Part shown: one piece after another, positions 1 through 10,705 of the stretch
Layout: every line of letters starts with the position of its first letter
Numbering within the stretch: position 1 is the first letter of the stretch
Assembly: GCA_040285855.1 (NCBI GenBank)
Contig: JAUFOQ010000003.1
Location: forward strand, 310,001 to 374,000
Source of the DNA: Eukaryota sp. GEM-RC1
Taxonomy: Eukaryota
Direction of reading: 5' to 3'
Length of the DNA stretch: 64,000 nt
The notes under the pieces: generated by a model
Database searches by the model: none
What the model saw: the letters and a program-made list of their open reading frames with translations, nothing else
Told to the model about the DNA's origin: nothing
Program-made: the position numbers and the translations under genes

Positions 1-277
1 GAATTGTATCAGTTGGTTATGATGGTGGAAGTTGCTTCCACCATAACTAAAACACAACCTTGTATGAAAGGAAATTAAAGACCAATGGAAAGGAACTTTG
101 GAATTTAAGGATATCGGTCAAAAGTCCGCAGATTTCTCTTGACTTCTGTAAACGAGAAGTGCTATCCGAATAATATTCATTCAACTGGAAAAGGAAATAT
201 CAAAATGTCTTAGATTATGTACAGAGACCATATGTAGTTGAAGGAGAACGAGATAGAGAATGCCGTCGTTTTGAAGT

Positions 278-1756
278 ATGATTCAGTTCATTGAAAAGCA
301 CCACACCCTCAAGATTTCCATCACAAACATGCTATTTATTGGAGGATTGGTCATATGCATCATCGTCTTCATTCTATCTAGCTATTCTTCGCTGTGTTCA
401 GTGAAACCTCGTGCTTCATATGTCTACTATTCAACTACTTTCCTCTTTCTATTCACCATTGGTAACTGGTTCATCCATCCTTTCTCCAACTATCCCATGT
501 TACCATATCCTCTTACTTGGTATCTCTCTTTGTGTGTCTATGTTTACTGTGCCTGGATGATGACTGGTAAAATCAAGATGCTCAGAATTCTACGCTTCTG
601 CTTCATGTATCCTGCCATTGTTTATTTCACTGCCACTTTCTTCTCCCTATGTCTCTCCCCACTCTTCTACTTCTTCCCATCCATTGTCTCCCGTGTCTGC
701 CTCGCCATCTCTCTCATTGCTCTTCATCAAACAACCTCTGTTAAGAAAGAACTAGTCACCATCAACATTACCAAGCCTCACACCCCAACATCTTTCACTC
801 GCTCCTTCTTCTCTTTCTTCCCTCAAGGTCTCACAAGGACGTCTCTGCCATCTAAGACTATCATTTTAGATCGCTCAGAGGATAATGAAAGAAAATGCTT
901 ACGTGTCATTCAGCTCTCTGACCTCCATTTATCATGTTTAATGACTCCCAAGAAAGCTCATAAACTTGTTAGGAATGCAGTTTCCCTTGACCCTGATCTT
1001 GTTGTAATCACTGGTGACGTCATCAACCCTGAAATGTCAAGACTAACTGGCGCTGTAAGCTACGTATTTGGCCCATTAGTAGCTTTGAAGGGCAAAGTAT
1101 TCGCTGTCCTAGGTAACAACGACCTCAATGTCTCCTACTTGAAGAATGTCTACAAATCTCTTGGCATTACACTACTCAGGGATAGAGAGGCAATAGTAGA
1201 GACTCCTGCAGGTCCAGTTCAGATACTAGGAGCTGATTGTAGGGTTTTTAACCCCCAATCTGCAATTAGAAGGTTGGTGTTGAAGTTTCCTCCGATTGAG
1301 AATCATTTTAGAATGTTGTTGATTCATGATCCTGAGATTTGTAAACACCTTCCTGATTTGAAATTAGCTGATCCCACTGATCGCATCAACGCAATCAGAA
1401 TAGCTCAAAAACATTTCGCTGAAGGTTATATCGATTCGTCAATTGGCCCTGATACTGTTGATATCAATCGAACTCCCGGCGATGAAGGTCATGGATTGGA
1501 TTTGATTTTGGCAGGTGGTACCAATGGGGGTCACATCAACTTAGTTCCCTTTTGTATTAACAGATCGTTTGACGTCATACGGTGGCTCACTGGTAATCCA
1601 ACACGGAATCTGTGGAAAAAGGGTGGAAATCATTTGTTTATTCATCGAGGACTTGGTGTTTTTGGATTTCCTCTCAGATTAAACGTTCCACCTGAGTTTT
1701 GTTTTATTAAGGTGTATTATGATGAAGAAACTGATACTCAAAAGAAAATTAGTTAG
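278..1756 (+). CDS. Membrane-anchored calcineurin-like metallophosphoesterase (YkuE/TMPPE-like), possibly catalytically degenerate
   Basis: N-terminal TM helices, then motifs SDLH, ITGD, LGNND, IHDP, LAGGTNGG and RGLG..G.PLR...PPE. The usual GNHD and GHTHGG histidines are replaced. Confidence 0.85.
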   Translation: MIQFIEKHHTLKISITNMLFIGGLVICIIVFILSSYSSLCSVKPRASYVYYSTTFLFLFTIGNWFIHPFSNYPMLPYPLTWYLSLCVYVYCAWMMTGKIKMLRILRFCFMYPAIVYFTATFFSLCLSPLFYFFPSIVSRVCLAISLIALHQTTSVKKELVTINITKPHTPTSFTRSFFSFFPQGLTRTSLPSKTIILDRSEDNERKCLRVIQLSDLHLSCLMTPKKAHKLVRNAVSLDPDLVVITGDVINPEMSRLTGAVSYVFGPLVALKGKVFAVLGNNDLNVSYLKNVYKSLGITLLRDREAIVETPAGPVQILGADCRVFNPQSAIRRLVLKFPPIENHFRMLLIHDPEICKHLPDLKLADPTDRINAIRIAQKHFAEGYIDSSIGPDTVDINRTPGDEGHGLDLILAGGTNGGHINLVPFCINRSFDVIRWLTGNPTRNLWKKGGNHLFIHRGLGVFGFPLRLNVPPEFCFIKVYYDEETDTQKKIS

Positions 1757-1933
1757 GTTATATTGATTTTTCTTGTGATTTGATGGGTACTCTAATTGTA
1801 CAACAATTTCTACTGAAATATATTCTTTCAAAAAAGAACTATCTTTGGTCTTTTTTGTTTCATTCTGCTTATGTTACATATCATGCTCCTTCACTTAATA
1901 TTTTAGAAATTTTAAAACTTTTAAATAAACTTA

Positions 1934-4748
1934 TTATAGAATTTCCATTTGCAGCAATTCCATTAGTGTTTCCACGTTGATAGAATCCGGCAAAGCCTGA
2001 CTACTATCACCAGTAATTTCTGAAATAATTTGATTCAATTCTTGAACACTTTTAAATTTCTCTCCTTTAGATAACAAATGGTGAATCAACAGATCAGCAG
2101 GAACTTCAACGTTAGCTCGGGGTTCGCTGGGTGTATAAATCTCTTGCAACTCATGACGTGATGGAACTGTATCAGGGTCAAAACTAGGGATCAAATGACC
2201 TAAGCACTTGTCAAGGAAATCGTCATCAAAAGGAGCAACTCTACGATAATTAAAATAAATCTTCACAAAATCATCAAAAGTAATTCCCACACACTCTGTC
2301 CCTTCAACAGCTGTCCTTGAAGTCAACAACATCTGAGCCTCCTTGTTAAGAACAGAGAGCTCCCATTCAGAAGGGAAGACATCAACAGCAGAGAGAAGTT
2401 CAGGGAGAAGTGAAGGGGAAACGATGGCTTTGGATTCAGTTTTGCATTTGATACAGCCGAAAGCAAAAACGTCGTGAAGGAACTCAACGAAATCATCATC
2501 GCAATTGAGTGAGGTCACAAATGGATGAATTCCTTGGCCATTTGATAGTGATTGCTGTTGTAAGGGCAGTGGGTCAAAATTCCAGACCATTAACGACCCT
2601 TCAATCAGTTTTGATTGATCTGCTGGCGTTCCACCCACAGTAACAACTCTTAACACATTATCTTTCTCAACCAAAACTAAATCATTCACATTATTACCAT
2701 CTGCCAATACTCCTAAACTCTTCGCAGGATTACCATCAATTGGCAGCATTTGACAACCAATAATACGGTCTAGAGTAGAGAAAAACACTACATCTGGGTG
2801 GGTTTTAGATTGAAACACTTTGTTGATTGGAGCGGAGAAAACTGGTGCCAAAACTGTTCTAACGACTTCAAAGGAAATAGGGTCAATAAAACGTGCTTTG
2901 AACTCGTCATTGAAGGCAACCAATTGTTGACCTTCATCAATGAAACAGAAACAAATTATTTTTGATTGAGGGTCGATGATTTTTCGAGCTCTTAAGGAAA
3001 GTTCAAGAGAAGGTTTTGATTGAGCAACAACTGACGATGTGATGTCGACTTCGACGATGGTAGAGTCTTCAGCACATGCTACGAGTCGCGGAACAGAATT
3101 TTTAAAATTTTTAATAAATACAAGACCACTCGGCATATTCGTGAACACTGCCTGTTTACCTATCAAATACCAATCATTTCTGATTTCAAAATATCGTAAA
3201 TTTTCCCCAAATCCCTTCTTAACTCGACTCTGATGACCAAACAACGACAACACTCCATCGCAATCAACCGTACTAAAGAAAGCATTACAAGGAGACCAAG
3301 AAGCTAGAACTACTCCAGCACTTTTAAGAGACCATATAGCAACCTGAGTCAGTACATTGGATGAGAGAGAGAATAAAGATAGAATAATGTTACCATTGGC
3401 CAGGCATATTAAGGTCAGAATAGAGTCGTCGACAGCAACTGATGACGTGGCAATTACTGAGACAACAGACGTATACTCTTTCTTACATAATAAAGTATTT
3501 GAATCAAGGTCAAAAACTTTCACGACTCCGCTAGAATCTCCACAGAAAATCAAAGACTTTTCATCATCAGTGAATGCACTCGTGGTTCTCACGTCAGCAG
3601 TAAACGTTTCCAATATAATCTGACCTCTTTTATCCTCCATTTCGAGACTGTAGAAACCTTTCTTGGCGTCCATGAATACAACAACACCAGCGGTAGAAGA
3701 AACAATAAAAGAAGATAGAAGAGACGCGTTATCAAGAGAATCACCAATCAAAAATGATTGGTCGATTTGATCAAATGTTTCTACTTTGAACGTTGATAGA
3801 CATGTGAGTGGTCCAGAATCAATGTCATCAAACCAAGCGACCAGTCGAAAACGATAATCATAAACCTTTACAGTTCCCTTTGAGGAAGTTGTATAAAACA
3901 GGCAATCAGTTTGAGTGATTGCTGTGATCGATGCCCCATTATCAAGAAAGACAGTCCTAAGTGCACAAAACCCTGGTTCACTGGCTCCGTCATCTTCCCC
4001 AAAGACCACGCCTCTCCCATCAGTAGTACCAATGACAAAAGACCCAAATACGTGAGGGGAGGGAGGGAGAAAAGACACAGGAGGAAGTGAAAGGGTTGGT
4101 AGGAAGAGGGACTTTGAAGAGAGCTGCAGGTACAGAGCAGTGAGAAGCTACAACAGTGAGGTTGCTGGTGGAGTCTTCAATGATGTGACAGGTTTGGATA
4201 GAGGTAGGCCCTAGAACAATGATCAGGGAAGGGTCAAAAGGGGAGATATGTACAGAGTTGAACACTTCAGAGTCGGTGAGGGTGAAGGAAGTTAAGAGAT
4301 GAGTATCTGGATTAGGAGAAGTCCAGTCCCAGAAGGAGATGGTTTGGGGTAGGGATTCAGAAGAGGAGAGAGAGACAAGTAACTGAGAGTCTGAAGAGAA
4401 AGTCAGTGAAGCAGTTCCAGGATACTGTGAAGAAGGAGCTAGAGTATCAGAGAAAAAGGTTCTGACTGGGATTCCTGAAGCCACGTCCCATATAATTATG
4501 GATGAATCAAGGCCCTTGTCTGCTGAAGCAATATACTGTCTATTGTATGAAGAAGATAAAGCAGAGATGTTATAGCGATGTCCACGCAGAATTTCCTGTG
4601 TGTTATCAGTGAGGTTGTGTAGAATTAGATTGTGAGACACGGCATAACCAACTAAAAGAGAATTCCCTGAAGAAAGATAGTGTACAGAGTTCGGTAGTTG
4701 GTGATTGAAGCCAAAGGATCGCTCCAAGTTTAGGGAGGATACAGACAT
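1934..4748 (-). CDS. CFAP251: Cilia/flagella WD40 protein CFAP251/WDR66-like; one gene split by a frameshift near 4020-4078
   Basis: Overlapping ORFs 4020..4748 and 1934..4078. N-terminal LERSFGFN, WD40 GH..NISAL..ASADKG..S.IIIWD, the family-typical LPIDGNPAKSLGVLA, and an EF-hand-like C-terminus (ITFDDFVKIYFNYR, LLSKGEK). Confidence 0.8.
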
Positions 4749-4978
4749 TTATAAAGATTAGATGATGGGAAAATTATTGCAAATTGAAAATAGATTTGGC
4801 AGACATTCTTTCAAGTGGTTGCTGGTAGTGCAAATCGATTGTCTGAAGCATACCTATTTCGAAAGAATGCCCAAATATCATCGAACATTAAAGCATGTGA
4901 ATTACAGTAAATAAAATACAGTTTTATTTTGTTACAGAGTATTGCAGATTCCCAAACAAGGACAAATACATACAAAAC

Positions 4979-5743
4979 TCAAAATTTAAGAAACCGCCTC
5001 ATCAATTGTTTAGAGTCATTCACTTCTCTAGGTAACCCAGCTTGTCGTTTACTAGTAGCAATAGTAGCAAGTTTTGTCTGTAAAGTCCGCAGTTCCCCAA
5101 TAAACATCTGTAACTTCTGTTTCTTCACTATAAGACAGTCAATAGACTCCTCCAAAGAGTCCAAAGAGTCGTCGTTTGAATCCAAGGTTCTAGTGACATT
5201 GGCTTCTAGTTGAGATATGCTTTCACCAGACTGGGCTTTCCTTGGTTCAAGTACTGGAATCTGTAATGATTTTGACAGTGTTTCTGCTGTGGAGGGTATT
5301 GATTCCACGTATTCTGAAACAGCACACGTGACTAAACCATTGATCTCATTCCGTACTTGAGAAGGATTGTGTGTGAAGACATGTTGAACAGAAGGTAAAA
5401 CTGTGGGCACTAAATAATGATCAACATATGAGGAGAAACACTCATCTAGAAACGAGGATAGGGATGAATCAACAGTATGATGTGTTAATAAACGGACAAA
5501 AGCGCCTACTAGTTTGACTAGAACATCATCAGTCATGGTGAGAGAAGTAGTGAGAGATCGGGAAGAGGAGCGTCGCTTTCGAGTAGAGAGAGGAGTTTGT
5601 GTGACAAATTTTGGAGGTGTAGATACGGGTGTATGTGAGAAGGAAACAGAACTGTCATCTGCAGAATCAGGAGTAACAAAAAAAGATGGCTCACTGAGAT
5701 AGAGACACTTGACCACGTCTTTTAGATTAAGATGATAAGACAT
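4979..5743 (-). CDS. Hypothetical protein with C-terminal coiled coil
   Basis: 254-aa ATG-initiated ORF with host-like composition, arranged head-to-head with the 5831 ORF. Confidence 0.6.
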   Translation of the reverse strand: MSYHLNLKDVVKCLYLSEPSFFVTPDSADDSSVSFSHTPVSTPPKFVTQTPLSTRKRRSSSRSLTTSLTMTDDVLVKLVGAFVRLLTHHTVDSSLSSFLDECFSSYVDHYLVPTVLPSVQHVFTHNPSQVRNEINGLVTCAVSEYVESIPSTAETLSKSLQIPVLEPRKAQSGESISQLEANVTRTLDSNDDSLDSLEESIDCLIVKKQKLQMFIGELRTLQTKLATIATSKRQAGLPREVNDSKQLMRRFLKF

Positions 5744-5830
5744 TGATCTGATGAGTAGAATGCAGAGAGTCTATGAAATCGGAGAATCAAAAACTATCTT
5801 GAAAAAAGTAGTGGAGGATTCACCTCCAAT

Positions 5831-6310
5831 ATGCCCTCCAGTAGCTCACCAGAGGGGACACCGTGCTCGATGAACGGTTCTCTATTGTCACCATTGGTTT
5901 CTCCATCTCAATGTTCTTCTATACCTACTCCTTTCTCTTCCTTACCTGACAACATCCATGACTGTCATATTCTTCTTCAACGTCTTCTACTCAAGCTTTC
6001 CGCTAGTGAGACTTCTTCTCAGCAACGATCATCCAATGAATTGTTATCTGACATGAAACAGCAACTTTACCACGACATTATTTCTTCACAGGACAATGTC
6101 ATTCAAGAATTACTTCAAAACATCAGCGACATCAAATCTACTAATAAAACTGAACAATTGGAGCTTCGAAATCACGATCTTGAAGGTCAAATTGCTGATT
6201 TGAAACAACGTCTAGCTAGGGCTATTGATTTTTTAGTTGAGCTCAAAACTGAGATCACTAAAAAGAATCGGTACATCAATCAATTGCAACATCAAATTGG
6301 TATAAGTTAA
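5831..6310 (+). CDS. Hypothetical coiled-coil protein
   Basis: 159-aa ORF with a Ser/Pro-rich N-terminus and a heptad-rich C-terminus. Confidence 0.6.
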   Translation: MPSSSSPEGTPCSMNGSLLSPLVSPSQCSSIPTPFSSLPDNIHDCHILLQRLLLKLSASETSSQQRSSNELLSDMKQQLYHDIISSQDNVIQELLQNISDIKSTNKTEQLELRNHDLEGQIADLKQRLARAIDFLVELKTEITKKNRYINQLQHQIGIS

Positions 6311-6873
6311 CCTTTCAAAGTTGGAAGAAGTCTAGTTTTGTAAATTTTAAATTTTTGAAGATTTTGAACTTGTTTTAGATTCAAAAAAAGATCCATTTGT
6401 TTTCTTGCGTTTTGAAAATGCGATCTTTGTATTATTATCTGTTCCCCATGTGTTTCAATTTTTTTTGTTCTTTTAAAGTAGTGAAGATGTGTAGTATGTT
6501 ATACATTTTGTGTACATTTTTCTTTGTTTTCTCTATTCATTTAACAAAACTTTACGGACCAAATGTTACACTGAAACTTCTATTTCGTATCAAGATAATT
6601 TGAAATTTGAAGGAAGATTGTAATTTGAAATTGATAACAAGAAGTTCTGCTCAGTATTTGAACATCGTGATCCTAGCTCATAATACAAAAACTGTGTACC
6701 AGGAGCCAAATGATCAGCAATGAGAACTAAAATATGGAAATTTGAATTTGCAACGAAATTAGCAATTATCAATTTTAAATTAGAGTTCTAGGGAAAATAC
6801 ATTGTTCTTCAATAGACGCCTCTAGTTCTGTGAATTGAAATACTGCACTTCAAGTCTTTGATTTAAGTACTTA

Positions 6874-7767
6874 CAGTCAAAACTGTTTACAGTCCAGCGT
6901 CTATATTTTCAGGACCTGTATTTTCAATGTTCCTCTATCTTCAACAGCCCGAATTTTGTTCCATAACGAAACGTCTTCTGTGTCCTCTCATCGCTACTAT
7001 GTCTTACATATAATGTCAGGTTATCATCTCTTGGTCATTTTTGAAGAATGATTTGATATCTCTCGTTTCACGTTCTTTCCGTTCCAGAATAACATAGGAT
7101 CGTGACTTATCAGTTTTACTACTGTTTGAAGACCAACGAAGATTGTCTTTATGTCTAAGCTATCAATACAACAATAAACTGTGCTTTTTTTCTCTTTGAA
7201 AACCAAGTTCTTCCCTGGAAATTGTACCAAGAACATGAATGGGACAACTATACATCTTAAACAATACTCCCGGTCATGTTCTCATCGAGTTTCTTGGATT
7301 TGCCATAACAGTTGAGAAAACTGTAGAAGTTATAGAAAACGATGGCGTGCTGGAGGCGGTGAAGAAGATCACAATGCAGGAATAGATCTTAGTTTCTTAA
7401 TGTAGAAAGAGGACGAATATGAAACAAATCGTCTCAAGAAACACGCATTAAGGATGGACAATTGGCTGGTTTCTTGCTGAAATACCCTCAAAGGTCAGAT
7501 GAAATGAATCCAAGAAGAAAAGGAAAAGACTATGGGAATATGTCTATGTGGTAATAGGTATACACAAAAGATCATTATGTCACGTTTTGTGGTGATGGAA
7601 TACCACATAGGACAGCTAAACAGTGGGAAACACGAAATGGACCTGTATCTTCAATGTTCTTGTAATTTCAACAGCCGGATCGATTGAAAATATAGACGCC
7701 TCACTGTACAGCGTGAAACTCTATATAGCGTAGGTACATAGAGTCCCGCTATGAACAGTTTTGACTG
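6874..7767. mobile_element. Non-autonomous Tc1/mariner (pogo-like) element
   Basis: 14-bp TIR cagtcaaaactgtt...aacagttttgactg flanked by TA (6872-73, 7768-69). A second, subterminal inverted repeat gcgtctatattttca/tgaaaatatagacgc. No intact transposase. Confidence 0.8.
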
Positions 7768-8304
7768 TAGTATTATTACCGGTACATACAGTAAATTCCA
7801 CTTTTCATTACTCTGGTGTACTTTATTATGAGCTTAAAGAAAGAAATAAAAAATCGAATGAACAAGAATTTTGATTAATAAGTTATCATCGAATCGTGTC
7901 GTATTCCCTATCTTTAAAACAATTCTTAACATGGGCTTCTGGCATCTTAGTAATTTTTATGAAGCAAAACTTTGGTGAAATTCAATAACAAAGAATGTTG
8001 TCTCAATGATATTTAGTTTGGTATTTAGTTACTTAAATCAGACATATACTTAGAGAAGTCAATAGAGAGTGATCGATTTGTATAAAATCCACTCGATTAC
8101 AACTGATTTTACAATTTATTAATGAATCTAATTCAACAAGTACATTTCATAACGATTAGAAGATTCAGCTCGAAGAACACACTGGCAGAATACAAATCGA
8201 ATAGAAAAATGAAAAAACAATTAGACGATAAGAAACGGTAAAAGACTATAGTCCATCTTAAGAATAAGATAAAAAAGAAATTATTCAGTAGAAGTAGAAC
8301 ATAT

Positions 8305-8970
8305 TCACAGCAACACAGAAGCAATTACCCCCCAAATTTCGTTAGCAACATAATTAAAATCATTAGTTTTGTCAAAATCAAAATGACGTATTTGTCCAGT
8401 TGAAGGACAAGCAACATGTCCCTTCACTCTATCTGGTCTAGAATAATCCCAGGACAACGAGGTAAGGTTATCGTACAGAGCAAGAAAGGTTCTGACGGCA
8501 GGAACAGCATTGTTTTCAGCTTCCTGTCTCTTCTGCTCCTCCTGAGACTGAATGACTTGATGAAAGTCAATTTTTTCCTTTATAGCATGTTGCAGCTCTT
8601 GGCGACGTTTTTGTAAAGACGAATGTTCCTTCGTGAGTTGTTCCAGTTGCGTACGAAGAGAGGAAATGGTGCTGTTGTTGCCTTCGTTTGATGTGATGGA
8701 TAGTTGGGATTGAAAATTCTGAATATCGGTTTCTAATGATGTGATGAGCTTCTTGGCATCGTGTTGTCGTTGTTGAGAAATAGTAGTTGATGTTTTGTGC
8801 AGTTCCTTAAGAGCCGAAACCTTATTTAAATCAGGTTTGACGTCTTCATACAGAGGAAGTACTTCTTCAAGAAGCATCGTCTTTATTGTAGGAAGATCGA
8901 CAGGGTTATCCATTGACAGAGAGATTGGAGCAGGTAATCTGGTTTTGAAACTGAAAGTTTCAGACTTCAT
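8305..8970 (-). CDS. SPC24: Kinetochore Ndc80-complex subunit Spc24-like (start may be the downstream MDNPV)
   Basis: Long coiled coil followed by a short RWD-type C-terminus, LYDNLTSLSWDY...VKG....FD......VANEIW, matching the Spc24 pattern. Confidence 0.75.
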   Translation of the reverse strand: MKSETFSFKTRLPAPISLSMDNPVDLPTIKTMLLEEVLPLYEDVKPDLNKVSALKELHKTSTTISQQRQHDAKKLITSLETDIQNFQSQLSITSNEGNNSTISSLRTQLEQLTKEHSSLQKRRQELQHAIKEKIDFHQVIQSQEEQKRQEAENNAVPAVRTFLALYDNLTSLSWDYSRPDRVKGHVACPSTGQIRHFDFDKTNDFNYVANEIWGVIASVLL

Positions 8971-10522
8971 GTTGATCTGCTTCCGTACGACGAATGGAGC
9001 GTGTGTCTGAGATGTCGTTATATTTGATGAATGTTAGTAAACAGTCTGTTGTCTCTTAACTACATTACATTCATCAATATTTTCTCATCCTCCCGACCAG
9101 TTGTGATACCACTGATACGGGAAGAAGGTGCGTACTTACTTCAATATGGCCCATACACTCATGTAGTAGACACACTCTAGGGAAGGGATATATTACCAAT
9201 TGTTTTCAGTTTATGTCTCAATTAAGTGATTTTAATTCTCCAGACACATATTTTTCTAATTGCATTTAATTTTTAAATTCTTTTCATCCAAACGACAATT
9301 AAGAACACATTTTATATTTCCTTATCAAGAACTACCACCAGGGTAACTGAATTCAATACTAATCTACTCTAATAAAGAGAAAGATAAAGATATTTATCTA
9401 ATGAGTATTAGCACGATTGAGTTTGACTCTATCACAGTACCACAAATCATTGTTGTACAAAAGGAATGTTTGTTGTTCTACAGGAATTCGCCATTGCATT
9501 ACGATTAGCAGAAAATGTAAGAGCAGTATTTATCGTACACTTCAAAAGTGGGTAGCTTTTTGAATCTCTTACATTAAGCACTCTTGACTGTGTCATGTGC
9601 TTGATTAACGTTTAGAAGGCAAGTTGCATTTGTATTGCTAGGAGACTAGGAATTTGCAAGCTTTCCATCAGGAACAGTCGGTTGTGACTCAAAACAGGTG
9701 AAACAAACAAAGCTGTCTCGTTGACAATATAAAAGGATGGCATATTTTTGGGAAAATGCGAACTGTAGAATATATTCTACAAATTTACGTTGATTAATTT
9801 CCACTCTGAAAGAGTAATAAGTAATTAATTACAATTCTACAATTCACAATTCAACTTGATAGAATTAAGCAATTATGGGGCAATTTTGTATGCGTATTGA
9901 AATTTTAAAAAGACAATAACCCAATACAGGACCGACCTCTCATAAGATAATTTAAAATAATTTGAACATCAAACAGTGCCAAAAACAAACGCGAAATACA
10001 TATTATTAAAACAAAACAAAACCCAAATAAAAACAAAATATTTTATTAGTACATTTTCTTTCAGTCACTATCGATGATTACACAATCTATTTGATCATCC
10101 CCTTCTGGTCGAAAAAGGTTAGTTGACTTTCTGCTTCGCATAACTGTTTTAACTGTGTCGCCATTCCATAGAGAACAATATTAGTCCAATATTCAACATC
10201 GTGGACGACCACGAGAATAGTTCACTGATCAAATGCCTGGATATTGCCGTTGCACTGGCTTAAAACACTTGTAAAGGCTCGTCTGCATCGGTTCGGTTGG
10301 ACATTGGAATGTCAAAGTTTGAGGAAAATGACTTGACTTTGATTTTTGGCTGACCTTGAGTATTTCACACATCATGTTTCAAGTCAATCAACACCCTAAA
10401 TTAAATCATGCACTGTGTAGATCCATGAAGTGTACTTTGTGTATCTATTATATTTTGTTTAATTTGCATGATCGTCAAAATTGTCAGTAATAAATATAAA
10501 TAGAAATTATCAAACTTGGAAA

Positions 10523-10602
10523 CAGTGAACGCTAACACGTAACAATGTTGAATCTAACACGTGTTAAGACGCGTGTTAAGTGTCACGTGTTAGCGTTCAC
10601 TG
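10523..10602. mobile_element. 80-bp miniature inverted-repeat element (hAT-like CAGTG ends)
   Basis: Perfect 18-bp TIR cagtgaacgctaacacgt / acgtgttagcgttcactg, internal (c)gtgtta repeats. No clean TSD. Confidence 0.55.
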
Positions 10603-10705
10603 CTTCAGACTCTGAAGTTCAGAGTAATTGAGCAATTAAAGTTTTGAACATAAATAATCCAATTAATAAAATGAAGTCATACATCATCCATTATTGCAGA
10701 TCAAA

